Shown here piece by piece: positions 1 through 7,211 of a DNA stretch of 10,948 bases. A program made the position numbers and the translations under genes. The notes beneath the pieces were generated by a model. The model was not told the origin of the DNA. It saw only the letters and a list, made by a program, of their open reading frames with translations, and did no database searches. The stretch is from contig JBEPZZ010000059.1 of assembly GCA_041640575.1 (NCBI GenBank), forward strand, positions 1 through 10,948, written 5' to 3'. Numbering within the stretch: the stretch's first letter is position 1; the number at the start of each line of letters is the position of its first letter. The DNA comes from Pseudothermotoga sp. (GTDB taxonomy: Bacteria; Thermotogota; Thermotogae; Thermotogales; DSM-5069).

Positions 1-317
1 CCGGATTCACTTCCGAATACAATGTCTGTTACTATTCCTGTAGATTTTAAAGACCAAATAGCACCTTTTGCAAACCCCCCTGCATCTTGAACTGCGAAAA
101 CAAAGGGAAGCTCAAAAACAACATCTCTGCCGTTTAATAGTGCTATTTCAGCTCTAGCATATTTATCTATGATGGCCGGTTCACCACGCTGACAAAAATC
201 GCCACTCATAATCGCCAGCGTGAAATCCGGTTGAACAAGTTCTTTTGCCTTTTTCAAGTGATAAACGTGGCCGTTGTGAAAAGGATTGTATTCGACTACT
301 ATCCCCAAGACCTTCAA
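1..317 (-). CDS. tmcAL: tRNA(Met) cytidine acetate ligase TmcAL / YlbM-type HIGH nucleotidyltransferase, 5' part only (runs off the left edge)
   Basis: Not in the ORF track. Hand translation from TTG at 317 gives MKVLGIVVEYNPFHNGHVYHLKKAKELVQPDFTLAIMSGDFCQRGEPAIIDKYARAEIALLNGRDVVFELPFVFAVQDAGGFAKGAIWSLKSTGIVTDIVFGSES, with no stop before the edge. The family motifs EYNPFHNGH, MSGxFxQRGEP, ELP and FGSES are present. The start overlaps the upstream stop (TTGA, 314-317) and an AGGGAG RBS lies about 8 nt upstream. Confidence 0.93.
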   Translation of the reverse strand, partial: MKVLGIVVEYNPFHNGHVYHLKKAKELVQPDFTLAIMSGDFCQRGEPAIIDKYARAEIALLNGRDVVFELPFVFAVQDAGGFAKGAIWSLKSTGIVTDIVFGSES

Positions 318-766
318 TTTCTCATTCTCCCTTCTCTCATCAGAAGAAAGCAAAGAGTAAACACAAGTAATGTGAAGATGGCAAATCCAACTGAGAACAC
401 TTTCAAGGCTTTTACGTTGCCTTGGTTACCAAGTATTTCAACACCAATCCATGCCAATCCGGTGGCTATCATTCGCCATATTTGGATGAAAAAGGAGAAT
501 CCAGTCAGAACAAGAGACATGGATAGAAAGACCATCCCAGTGTTTTCAGCACTTTTTTCTAAGGTATAAAACGAGATGCAAAAACCGGTTGCAACTGTGA
601 AAATTGCGACTAGAAAGAACCACCTTGACGAATCTATCGAAATCTCTACGAAGTCCTTCAAAGGTGTCAGCGTGTATCTTACTAACCCATAGCCAAGGAC
701 GAGAATCATTCCAATAGTTGCTATAGTTATACCTAGCAAAAGTATGAGATAAAGAGTCAATCTCAT
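314..766 (-). CDS. Hypothetical integral membrane protein, 150 aa, about 4 TM helices
   Basis: Four hydrophobic stretches. The ATG overlaps the uvrC stop (ATGA, 763-766) and has a GAGGTG/AAGGA RBS upstream. Its stop overlaps the tmcAL start. No family recognised. Confidence 0.8.
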   Translation of the reverse strand: MRLTLYLILLLGITIATIGMILVLGYGLVRYTLTPLKDFVEISIDSSRWFFLVAIFTVATGFCISFYTLEKSAENTGMVFLSMSLVLTGFSFFIQIWRMIATGLAWIGVEILGNQGNVKALKVFSVGFAIFTLLVFTLCFLLMREGRMRN

Positions 767-2451
767 AATCCTTCACCTCGAAGAATCGACAGTATTTCTG
801 AAGCTAGTTTCTTGTTTCCAATCACGCTTGCTATTTCATTTACATCGGCTCTCGCAATACTTTCTACTGATCCGAAATATGAAAGGAGAGCCTTCTTTCT
901 TTTTGGGCCAATGCCTTTAATTTCAGATAGTACACTTTGCTCGATCGATTTTAGCCGCAACTTAGTGTGGAAAGAATTCGCAAATCTGTGAGCTTCATCC
1001 CTAATTTTGACTAGGGTTCTTAGTACTGGGTTGTCTCTCGGCAGACGAATCTGTCCTTTGATAGTACATATAACCTCTTCCTTTTTTGCAAGCCCGATGA
1101 CATCACAATTTCTTCCAATATGTTCAAGCGCTTTTTTTACGGCTTTGACTTGTTCAGGCCCGCCATCTACAAAGATTAAATCCGGTAAGGAATATTTGGA
1201 GTATCTTCTACTAGTAACTTCACGCATTACCGACAGATCATCGATAGTCGATTTGTTAAACCTGTAGTGCCTGTATTCATCCTTTTTTGCTTGACCGTTG
1301 ACAAAAACAACAACTGAAGCGACCGTTAATTGCCCATGTAAATGTGAAACATCGAAACCTTCTATTCTCTCTGGTATTTTTGAGAGTCCTAGCACTTGCG
1401 TCATTAACTCGAGATGCTTTAAATTAAGTTGTATTATTTGAAAAGCTTCTTTTGCATTAATGACAGCTTTTCTCAATAGACCTATCTCGACTTCATTGTT
1501 TGGAAGCCTTGAACTTACTATGTCACCGATGTTTACTGATTTCCTTGCGATTATATCTTCTGGTATTTCATTTTTGTTGACGATGTAGTAGTTGAAGAGG
1601 AAGTCTCTTAAGTCTCCATTTATCTCATAGGTTAGTTTTCCTATTAGGTGTCCACCCCGTACGCGAAGCAAGACAAAAGTATTTTTCCACTGTCCAATCA
1701 CGTCTAGGTTCTTCCAGGATTCAATAACTACTTCTTGCTTTTGCATAACCTTTTCAAATTTCATTATCAAATCCCTATACTTTGCAGCATTTTCGAAATC
1801 AAGCATATCAGCATGAATTTTCATTTTCTTCTTGATCAACTCAATGGTTGATTGCATATTTCCTCTCAGAAAATCTTTCAGTGGATTTATGCAACTTTCA
1901 AGGTATTCTTGCTCACTTATGTTGCCGATGCAAGGTGCTTCACACCTGTGTAGGTAATACTCGGTACAAGGCTTTTTATGCGTCTTGCTCAGATCTTTTT
2001 CGCACGTCCTAAATTTGTAAACTTGTTGTAGAAAATCAAGCAAATCCCTAACGAATGATGCATCAGTATAAGGTCCAAAATATTCTGCGTTGTCGAGTTT
2101 GTTCCTTGCCATTTTGACCGTTGGAAAACTATCATGTGTTATCTCTATATATGGATAATGCTGCGAATCTTTGAGCATAACGTTGTACTTGGGTTTGTAC
2201 CTATATATCAAATTACCTTCGAGTAGAAGTGATTCTCGCTCGTTGTCAACAATGGTAAAATCCAAGTCTGTAGCTTCTTGGACTAGCTGTTGTATCTTCT
2301 TGTTCAGCCTTGCATTGGTTGAAAAATAGCTTAACAGTCTTCTCTTGAGGTTCTTTGCTTTTCCAATGTACAGGTATTCACCGTTCGGACCGTAAAAGAT
2401 GTAAACACCTGGCAAGTTTGGGGCTTGTCTTGCCTTTTCTTTAAGGAACAA
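763..2451 (-). CDS. uvrC: Excinuclease ABC subunit C (UvrC), 562 aa
   Basis: N-terminal GIY-YIG domain (PGVYIF...YIGKAKNLKRRLLSYF), four-Cys region (RTC...KPC...RCEAPC), UVR motif (LDFENAAKYRD), RNase H-like endonuclease motifs (RIEGFDVSH, DLIFVDGG, RDEAHRFA) and a C-terminal HhH (IKGIGPKRKKALL). TTG start with GGAGGT 9 nt upstream. Confidence 0.98.
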   Translation of the reverse strand: MFLKEKARQAPNLPGVYIFYGPNGEYLYIGKAKNLKRRLLSYFSTNARLNKKIQQLVQEATDLDFTIVDNERESLLLEGNLIYRYKPKYNVMLKDSQHYPYIEITHDSFPTVKMARNKLDNAEYFGPYTDASFVRDLLDFLQQVYKFRTCEKDLSKTHKKPCTEYYLHRCEAPCIGNISEQEYLESCINPLKDFLRGNMQSTIELIKKKMKIHADMLDFENAAKYRDLIMKFEKVMQKQEVVIESWKNLDVIGQWKNTFVLLRVRGGHLIGKLTYEINGDLRDFLFNYYIVNKNEIPEDIIARKSVNIGDIVSSRLPNNEVEIGLLRKAVINAKEAFQIIQLNLKHLELMTQVLGLSKIPERIEGFDVSHLHGQLTVASVVVFVNGQAKKDEYRHYRFNKSTIDDLSVMREVTSRRYSKYSLPDLIFVDGGPEQVKAVKKALEHIGRNCDVIGLAKKEEVICTIKGQIRLPRDNPVLRTLVKIRDEAHRFANSFHTKLRLKSIEQSVLSEIKGIGPKRKKALLSYFGSVESIARADVNEIASVIGNKKLASEILSILRGEGL

Positions 2452-2527
2452 TTCCTGCCTACCTCCCTTCTAAATTTTATCTCACAAATTTGCGGGTCGA
2501 TTTCATGAGACTTTTATCTATCAGAAC

Positions 2528-2556
2528 TTGACATTGATGGGTCAGAATGCTATTAT
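2528..2556 (+). promoter_or_regulatory. Sigma70/SigA-type promoter of the feo operon
   Basis: TTGACA (2528-2533), a 17-nt spacer, an extended -10 TG (2548-2549) and TATTAT (2551-2556). Predicted transcription start is near 2563. Confidence 0.85.
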
Positions 2557-2565
2557 TGATTTGGA

Positions 2566-2590
2566 ATTATTGAGAATGACTCTCAATAAT
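2566..2590. promoter_or_regulatory. Fur-like operator 1 (perfect 10-5-10 inverted repeat)
   Basis: ATTATTGAGA-atgac-TCTCAATAAT. The core TGAGAAT-G-ACTCTCA (2571-2585) fits the 7-1-7 Fur box pattern TGAnAATnATTnTCA with one mismatch. It lies just downstream of the -10 of an iron-uptake operon. Confidence 0.8.
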
Positions 2591-2592
2591 CT

Positions 2593-2607
2593 TGAAAATC
2601 ATTCTCA
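2593..2607. promoter_or_regulatory. Fur-like operator 2
   Basis: TGAAAAT-C-ATTCTCA matches TGAnAATnATTnTCA. It starts 22 bp after the core of box 1 and ends 5 nt before the feoA RBS (GGAGGT, 2613-2618). Confidence 0.75.
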
Positions 2608-2624
2608 CCTGTGGAGGTTCCCAT

Positions 2625-3065
2625 ATGACCCTAGCAGAGATACCTGTTGGCTCCTATGCGAAGGTTAGTACTATTATAAATCACCCTATAGCTAACAAGT
2701 TAATAGCCATAGGCTTTGTACCAGGTTCTATAGTAAGGGTTGTCGGTGAAGCACCGCTGGGTGATCCAAGAACTTACTTAGTTAAAGATAAACTCATTAC
2801 GCTGAGAAATTTTGACGCAAAACTGGTGAAAGTTGAATCTGTTGAAGATCTCGTACAATTGTCATCTGCTGCTCCTGGGAATTATCAAATAGTCAACATA
2901 ATTGCCGGTCCTGGATTGAAAAGAAAACTTGCCGCCATTGGTTTGAGAGAAAATACTCGTTTGACTGTCAAGGATTCTCAAAGAATACTAAACTGTGATG
3001 GCAAAGATCTGCAAATAGGAAAAGGTATAGCAAGAAAAATTATCCTAAGGAGGATAAATGAATGA
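2625..3065 (+). CDS. feoA: Ferrous iron transport protein A with two tandem FeoA (SH3-like) domains, 146 aa
   Basis: Start moved from the ORF-track TTG at 2592 to ATG 2625 because GGAGGT lies 6 nt upstream. Domain 1 reads KLIAIGFVPGSIVRVVGEAPLGDP...ITLR. Domain 2 reads RKLAAIGLRENTRLTV...IGKGIARKI. Directly upstream of feoB. Confidence 0.92.
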   Translation: MTLAEIPVGSYAKVSTIINHPIANKLIAIGFVPGSIVRVVGEAPLGDPRTYLVKDKLITLRNFDAKLVKVESVEDLVQLSSAAPGNYQIVNIIAGPGLKRKLAAIGLRENTRLTVKDSQRILNCDGKDLQIGKGIARKIILRRINE

Positions 3066-4990
3066 GCATCAGAGTGGCATTATGCGGGAATCCAAATGTT
3101 GGTAAAACTAGTTTGTTCAATGCCTTGACTGGCCTTAGACAATACGTCGCTAATTGGACCGGAGTGACGGTAGAGATCAAGAAGGGTGTTAGAGATTATA
3201 AAGATACGCAAATAGAATTTGTCGATCTTCCAGGTACTTACAGTTTATCGGCATTTAGTGAGGACGAAAAAGCTGCTAGAAACTACCTTTTGTACGACCC
3301 ACCAGATATTCTAGTTGTTGTAATGGATGCATTGTCTTTAAGACAAAGCATGTATTTGTTTTTAGATGTTATAGACCTTGGCATAAAACTAATAGCAGTT
3401 GTAAACGCTATTGACGAAGCAAAAAAGGAGAACATTTTAATCGACAAGCACGAGCTGGCAAAACATTTAGGAGTTCCTGTGGTATTCACGAGCGCTATTA
3501 CGGGTGAAGGTGTAAATGACCTTCTGGATCTGATAATTAGTTTGAATCGTTCCCAGGGGAAACATTCGCAGTTTATCTTTGATTCACAAACTGAAACACA
3601 AATAGAAAAAATCGAAGCTTATCTCAAATCTAAGTCTGCCTTAAAAACGTTTCCGACAAGGTGGTTGGCAACAAAATACCTGGAAGGTGATCCAGAAACA
3701 ATTTCTCTTGTAGGCAATGTAGATGAAATAGAGCCGGGGTCTTTAAGAGAAATATTAGCAGCTCAGAAATATGCGCATATCGAACTGATCCTAAAGGAAT
3801 CTCTAAAGATTCCTCCGAAAGACTGGTCTTTGAGTGAGGCTCTCGATCATGTTCTTACACATAAATATATTGGTATACCTATCTTCATTTCGTTGATGTA
3901 TATCGTGTTTTCTTTCGCTTTTGAAGTGGTACAGCCCCTAGCAGATTTGTTGGAAATGGCTATTACAACTATTGGCCATTTCGCTGCATCTTCAGTAAAC
4001 AACCGTATGTTTGCATCGTTGTTGGAGGATGGCATATTTGGTGCCTTAGGTGCAGTCTTTGTTTTTGTACCAAACATCTTCGGATTATTCTTGATTCTTG
4101 GAATAATGGAAGAAAGTGGTTATCTGCCAAGAGCAGCTTTTGTAATGGACAGAATAATGTATGCTTTCAAACTCTCCGGCAGATCTTTTATGTCGTTTTT
4201 GCTCGGTTTTGGCTGTTCTGTGCCGGCTGTGATGTCAACTCGTGGGCTAATGGACAGCCGAGAAAAAACGATTACTGCTCTCTCGATACCGTTTATATCA
4301 TGCAGCGCTAGGCTGCCAGTGTACATGTTAATTGCAAGTATATTCTTTGAAAGAAACAGAGCTGTTGTTATTCTGTTTTTGTATGTCTTGAGCGTTATGA
4401 TTGCCATGTTCAGCTCTGTGATACTGAATAAGGTTTTGTTCAAAGGGCAACCCAGCCACTTAATCTTGGAGTTACCGAGGTATAGGATGCCTACGCTGAA
4501 AAATCTTGGAATTTACGTGTGGAACAGAGGAAAACACTTCTTGGTGAAAGCAGCTAGCTTGATCTTTGCTGCTAGTGTCATACTTTGGATACTGGCTTAC
4601 TTTCCAACTGGACAAGCAGAGAGTTCTTTTGCTTCACACATTGGCAAATCCCTTAAACCTATTTTCAAACCTCTTGGATTCGATTGGGAACTTAGTACAG
4701 CACTGATCTTTGGTGTTGGTGCGAAAGAAGTAATTGTTTCCGCATTAGGGATTTTCTTTGGCTTTACGGACGAGGCAGGATTTAAAAACGCAATTTTGGC
4801 AGTAATTGATCCCCCAACGGCTCTAGCCTTCTTGGTATTCGTTATGGCTTATATACCATGCATAGCAACTATTGCGACAATTTCTAGCGAGCTTGGTAAA
4901 AAGTACGCTGCCTTCTCGGCAATGTACAGTTTTGTTTTTGCATATTTTCTTGCATTTGTAACAAAGCTTGTAGGAGGTATGATCTTGTGA
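3062..4990 (+). CDS. feoB: Ferrous iron transport protein B (GTPase plus membrane permease), 642 aa
   Basis: G1 GNPNVGKT, switch I VANWTGVTVE, G3 DLPGTYSL, G4 NAID, G5 SAITGEG. Membrane motifs EESGYLPRAAF, GFGCSVPA, PFISCSARLPVY, ELPRYRMP, AKEVIV and YIPCIAT. ATGA overlap with feoA. Confidence 0.98.
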   Translation: MSIRVALCGNPNVGKTSLFNALTGLRQYVANWTGVTVEIKKGVRDYKDTQIEFVDLPGTYSLSAFSEDEKAARNYLLYDPPDILVVVMDALSLRQSMYLFLDVIDLGIKLIAVVNAIDEAKKENILIDKHELAKHLGVPVVFTSAITGEGVNDLLDLIISLNRSQGKHSQFIFDSQTETQIEKIEAYLKSKSALKTFPTRWLATKYLEGDPETISLVGNVDEIEPGSLREILAAQKYAHIELILKESLKIPPKDWSLSEALDHVLTHKYIGIPIFISLMYIVFSFAFEVVQPLADLLEMAITTIGHFAASSVNNRMFASLLEDGIFGALGAVFVFVPNIFGLFLILGIMEESGYLPRAAFVMDRIMYAFKLSGRSFMSFLLGFGCSVPAVMSTRGLMDSREKTITALSIPFISCSARLPVYMLIASIFFERNRAVVILFLYVLSVMIAMFSSVILNKVLFKGQPSHLILELPRYRMPTLKNLGIYVWNRGKHFLVKAASLIFAASVILWILAYFPTGQAESSFASHIGKSLKPIFKPLGFDWELSTALIFGVGAKEVIVSALGIFFGFTDEAGFKNAILAVIDPPTALAFLVFVMAYIPCIATIATISSELGKKYAAFSAMYSFVFAYFLAFVTKLVGGMIL

Positions 4991-5319
4991 AAAAGCTTTT
5001 GATGACAGTCGAAGCTTTCATTGGTTTTGTTTCTTTTGCCACTATGATTCCGAAGGACTTTGTGCTTTCACTTGTCATTTTGACCTTTACGCTTGTATAT
5101 GTTTTCGGGGTTTTTGAACTCTCCAGACTCCCATATAAACTGAATTCTCATATGATCGTTGGAGGCATGCTTTTCCTGGTTTTATCGGTATTCATATTCC
5201 TTAGAATGGTTGCTCAACTCGACTTTTCAGTGTCGTTACCGCACCTACTGGTTTTTCTGCTAGGTTTTGCTGGATTGATTCAGATAGTTATTGTTCGAAA
5301 AACTTTCAGACAATCTTAA
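4987..5319 (+). CDS. Hypothetical membrane protein, 110 aa, 3-4 TM helices; third gene of the feo operon
   Basis: GTG start overlaps the feoB stop (GTGA) and has a strong AGGAGGT RBS upstream. Strongly hydrophobic with no cysteines, so it is not a FeoC. Confidence 0.82.
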   Translation: MKKLLMTVEAFIGFVSFATMIPKDFVLSLVILTFTLVYVFGVFELSRLPYKLNSHMIVGGMLFLVLSVFIFLRMVAQLDFSVSLPHLLVFLLGFAGLIQIVIVRKTFRQS

Positions 5320-6508
5320 TTAAGATTTCGAAAAGTAATGCTGCTAAGCCAGCGGCAAGCGGAATAGTCATTAGCCATGACAAAACTATGTTCTTTAAAA
5401 CACCAACATTTACGACCTCAACACCACGTGCCAGTCCTACGCCCACTACAGATCCAACTACTGTATGAGTTGTTGATATCGGTAACCCAAGAACAGATGC
5501 AATAAGCACAGTTGAAGCAGCACTAAAATCAATACAAAATCCTCTAGTATTTGTCAGTTCGGTTATCGACGTGCCTATGGTTTTCATGACTTTATATCCC
5601 AAAGCTAGTACTCCAAGAGACATACCAAGTCCTCCAGCAATCAATATCCAGATAGGGATATTTGCCTTAGTGGGTACAAGCCCTGTTTTTATGACCCAAT
5701 AAATAACAATTACTGGGCCTACTGAGTTCGCAACATCGTTTGCACCATGCGAAAAACTCATGTAGCAACTTGTCATTACTTGTATCCTTCTGAATATTTC
5801 TTCAACATACTCGAACTCCGTTCTATGCGATTTTACATGCATCCGTAGGAGTATTGTCCCAACAATTGTGAAGAGAAGCGAGACAACTGCCGAATATCCC
5901 AAAGATCTTTGAAGGTCGATCTTAAGTGTTTTAAGGCAGAAAAGAAACGAGATTGTGTAAATTGTTACAAGAATTATGACTGGAACTGCAATTTTTGCGG
6001 CTTTTCCCGGCGAGGGTCTCTTTAAGATGAAAAATGAAATAAGCTTAAAGGTAATGTAAGCTAACAAACCACCGGCGAGTGGTGACAGAACCCAGCTTGA
6101 TACTATCGGTACAAGTTTGGCCCAGTTTACCGCTTTCCATCCAGATGCAGCTATTCCGAACCCTACCATTCCTCCAACTATCGAGTGTGTTGTGGAGACA
6201 GGCATACCCCAGATTGTCGCTGCCATAATCCAGACGAATGAAGAAATCAAGGCCGCCAAAGCGCCAGCGAGAAGTACTTTGGGATTGGTAACAACTTCCG
6301 GTTTGACTATTCCTCTTGTTATAGTTGTTGCAACATGGGTTCCGAACAGAACTGCTCCCAAAAATTCAAGAATTCCCGCTATGATCGTTGCTTGTCTTGG
6401 TGTAATCGCCTTCGCACCAACTGCTGTAGCCATGGAATTGGCAACATCATTGGCACCTATTGCAAAAGCCATACCAAGTCCAGCAATTATTGAAAGAGTC
6501 AAAAGCAC
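5306..6508 (-). CDS. pit: Inorganic phosphate transporter, PiT/PHO4 family, 400 aa
   Basis: The PiT signature occurs twice (IGANDVANSM and HGANDVANSV), along with PVSTTHSIVG and PISTTHTVVG. GTG start with an AGGAGG RBS that overlaps the upstream stop. Confidence 0.97.
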   Translation of the reverse strand: MLLTLSIIAGLGMAFAIGANDVANSMATAVGAKAITPRQATIIAGILEFLGAVLFGTHVATTITRGIVKPEVVTNPKVLLAGALAALISSFVWIMAATIWGMPVSTTHSIVGGMVGFGIAASGWKAVNWAKLVPIVSSWVLSPLAGGLLAYITFKLISFFILKRPSPGKAAKIAVPVIILVTIYTISFLFCLKTLKIDLQRSLGYSAVVSLLFTIVGTILLRMHVKSHRTEFEYVEEIFRRIQVMTSCYMSFSHGANDVANSVGPVIVIYWVIKTGLVPTKANIPIWILIAGGLGMSLGVLALGYKVMKTIGTSITELTNTRGFCIDFSAASTVLIASVLGLPISTTHTVVGSVVGVGLARGVEVVNVGVLKNIVLSWLMTIPLAAGLAALLFEILIKIV

Positions 6509-6519
6509 ATCTATCCCTC

Positions 6520-7197
6520 CTACATATGAGTGATCATTCTAATTCTCTCTGCTGCATTCTCAGCATGATCTGCCATTCTTGTTAGCAATCTAGCTAGTTT
6601 TTCTATGTAAAACCAGTCAATGGGATGTATTTCGTTTTTCAACTCGTAAAGTTTTCTGCCAAGCTCCAGCGATAATTTATCGGTTTGCGTTTCATCAGAC
6701 TCAATCCTAGTTGCTAATGTTTCTTCCTTAACAGCTATGACTCTAGAAAAAGAGGACTCGACATAGTTGGTGAGGTCCTCTACAGCTTTAACCATGAGTT
6801 GCACGGACTCATTTGCTTGCTCGGCGAGTTTTGTCAAAAGAGTGAAAACATCATTAGGCAACGGCTTATCAATTCTGTTGATCATCAAAGCTTTTAAGAA
6901 GTCGTCCACCGTATCCATAATCGCATCTAGTTCGTGAAGAATAATCAACATATCTGTTCTGTCAAAGTATACAAATTTAAGTCTTGAATACTCTTCTCTT
7001 ATGACAATTTTCAGTTCATCTGCTTTATCTTCGAGATTATCAACGTACACACTAATTTCGGACACATCTTTGCCAAGAAAATGATCTCTCAAGGCATTAC
7101 AAATGTGATTTGCAGCCTCACCAGTTAAAAGTGCATGTTCATAGATCAGTCTCAAAGGAGAACGTCGTGGAAACATTTTGCCCACAAATCTTGTCAT
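6520..7197 (-). CDS. DUF47 / TIGR00153 PhoU-like phosphate transport regulator (Pit accessory protein)
   Basis: Two helical repeats with acidic motifs (LEDKADE...DAIMDTVDD and DETQTD...MADHAENAAERI), directly upstream of pit. The ORF-track GTG at 7206 lies inside the RBS (GGAGGTG), so the real start is ATG 7197 or ATG 7200. Confidence 0.88.
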   Translation of the reverse strand: MTRFVGKMFPRRSPLRLIYEHALLTGEAANHICNALRDHFLGKDVSEISVYVDNLEDKADELKIVIREEYSRLKFVYFDRTDMLIILHELDAIMDTVDDFLKALMINRIDKPLPNDVFTLLTKLAEQANESVQLMVKAVEDLTNYVESSFSRVIAVKEETLATRIESDETQTDKLSLELGRKLYELKNEIHPIDWFYIEKLARLLTRMADHAENAAERIRMITHM

Positions 7198-7211
7198 CAT
7201 GAACACCTCCT

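Noticed and set aside
231..1267. ORF-track entries 231-569 (+), 546-776 (-) and 1007-1267 (+)
   Set aside because: They overlap better-supported genes (tmcAL, the 150-aa membrane protein, uvrC) and show no recognisable motifs.
2470..2500. Possible uvrC promoter (TAAAAT on the minus strand just upstream of the RBS)
   Set aside because: The best -35 candidate (TCGACC) is a weak match at a 15-nt spacing, so it is too uncertain to call.
2592..2624. N-terminal extension of FeoA from TTG 2592
   Set aside because: The TTG has no RBS and overlaps the second Fur-like box. ATG 2625 has a well-spaced GGAGGT.
3146..3175. FeoB switch I reads VANWTGVT instead of the common VGNWPGVT
   Set aside because: These positions vary among FeoBs (E. 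coli has NWAGVT). The essential Thr and all other G motifs are intact.
3283..5078. Minus-strand ORFs of 64-107 aa inside feoB and the next gene
   Set aside because: Typical antisense shadows of hydrophobic coding sequence, with no motifs.
5700..6460. Internal repeat in pit (two GANDVANS-coding segments)
   Set aside because: This is the normal inverted-repeat architecture of PiT transporters, not a DNA repeat element.
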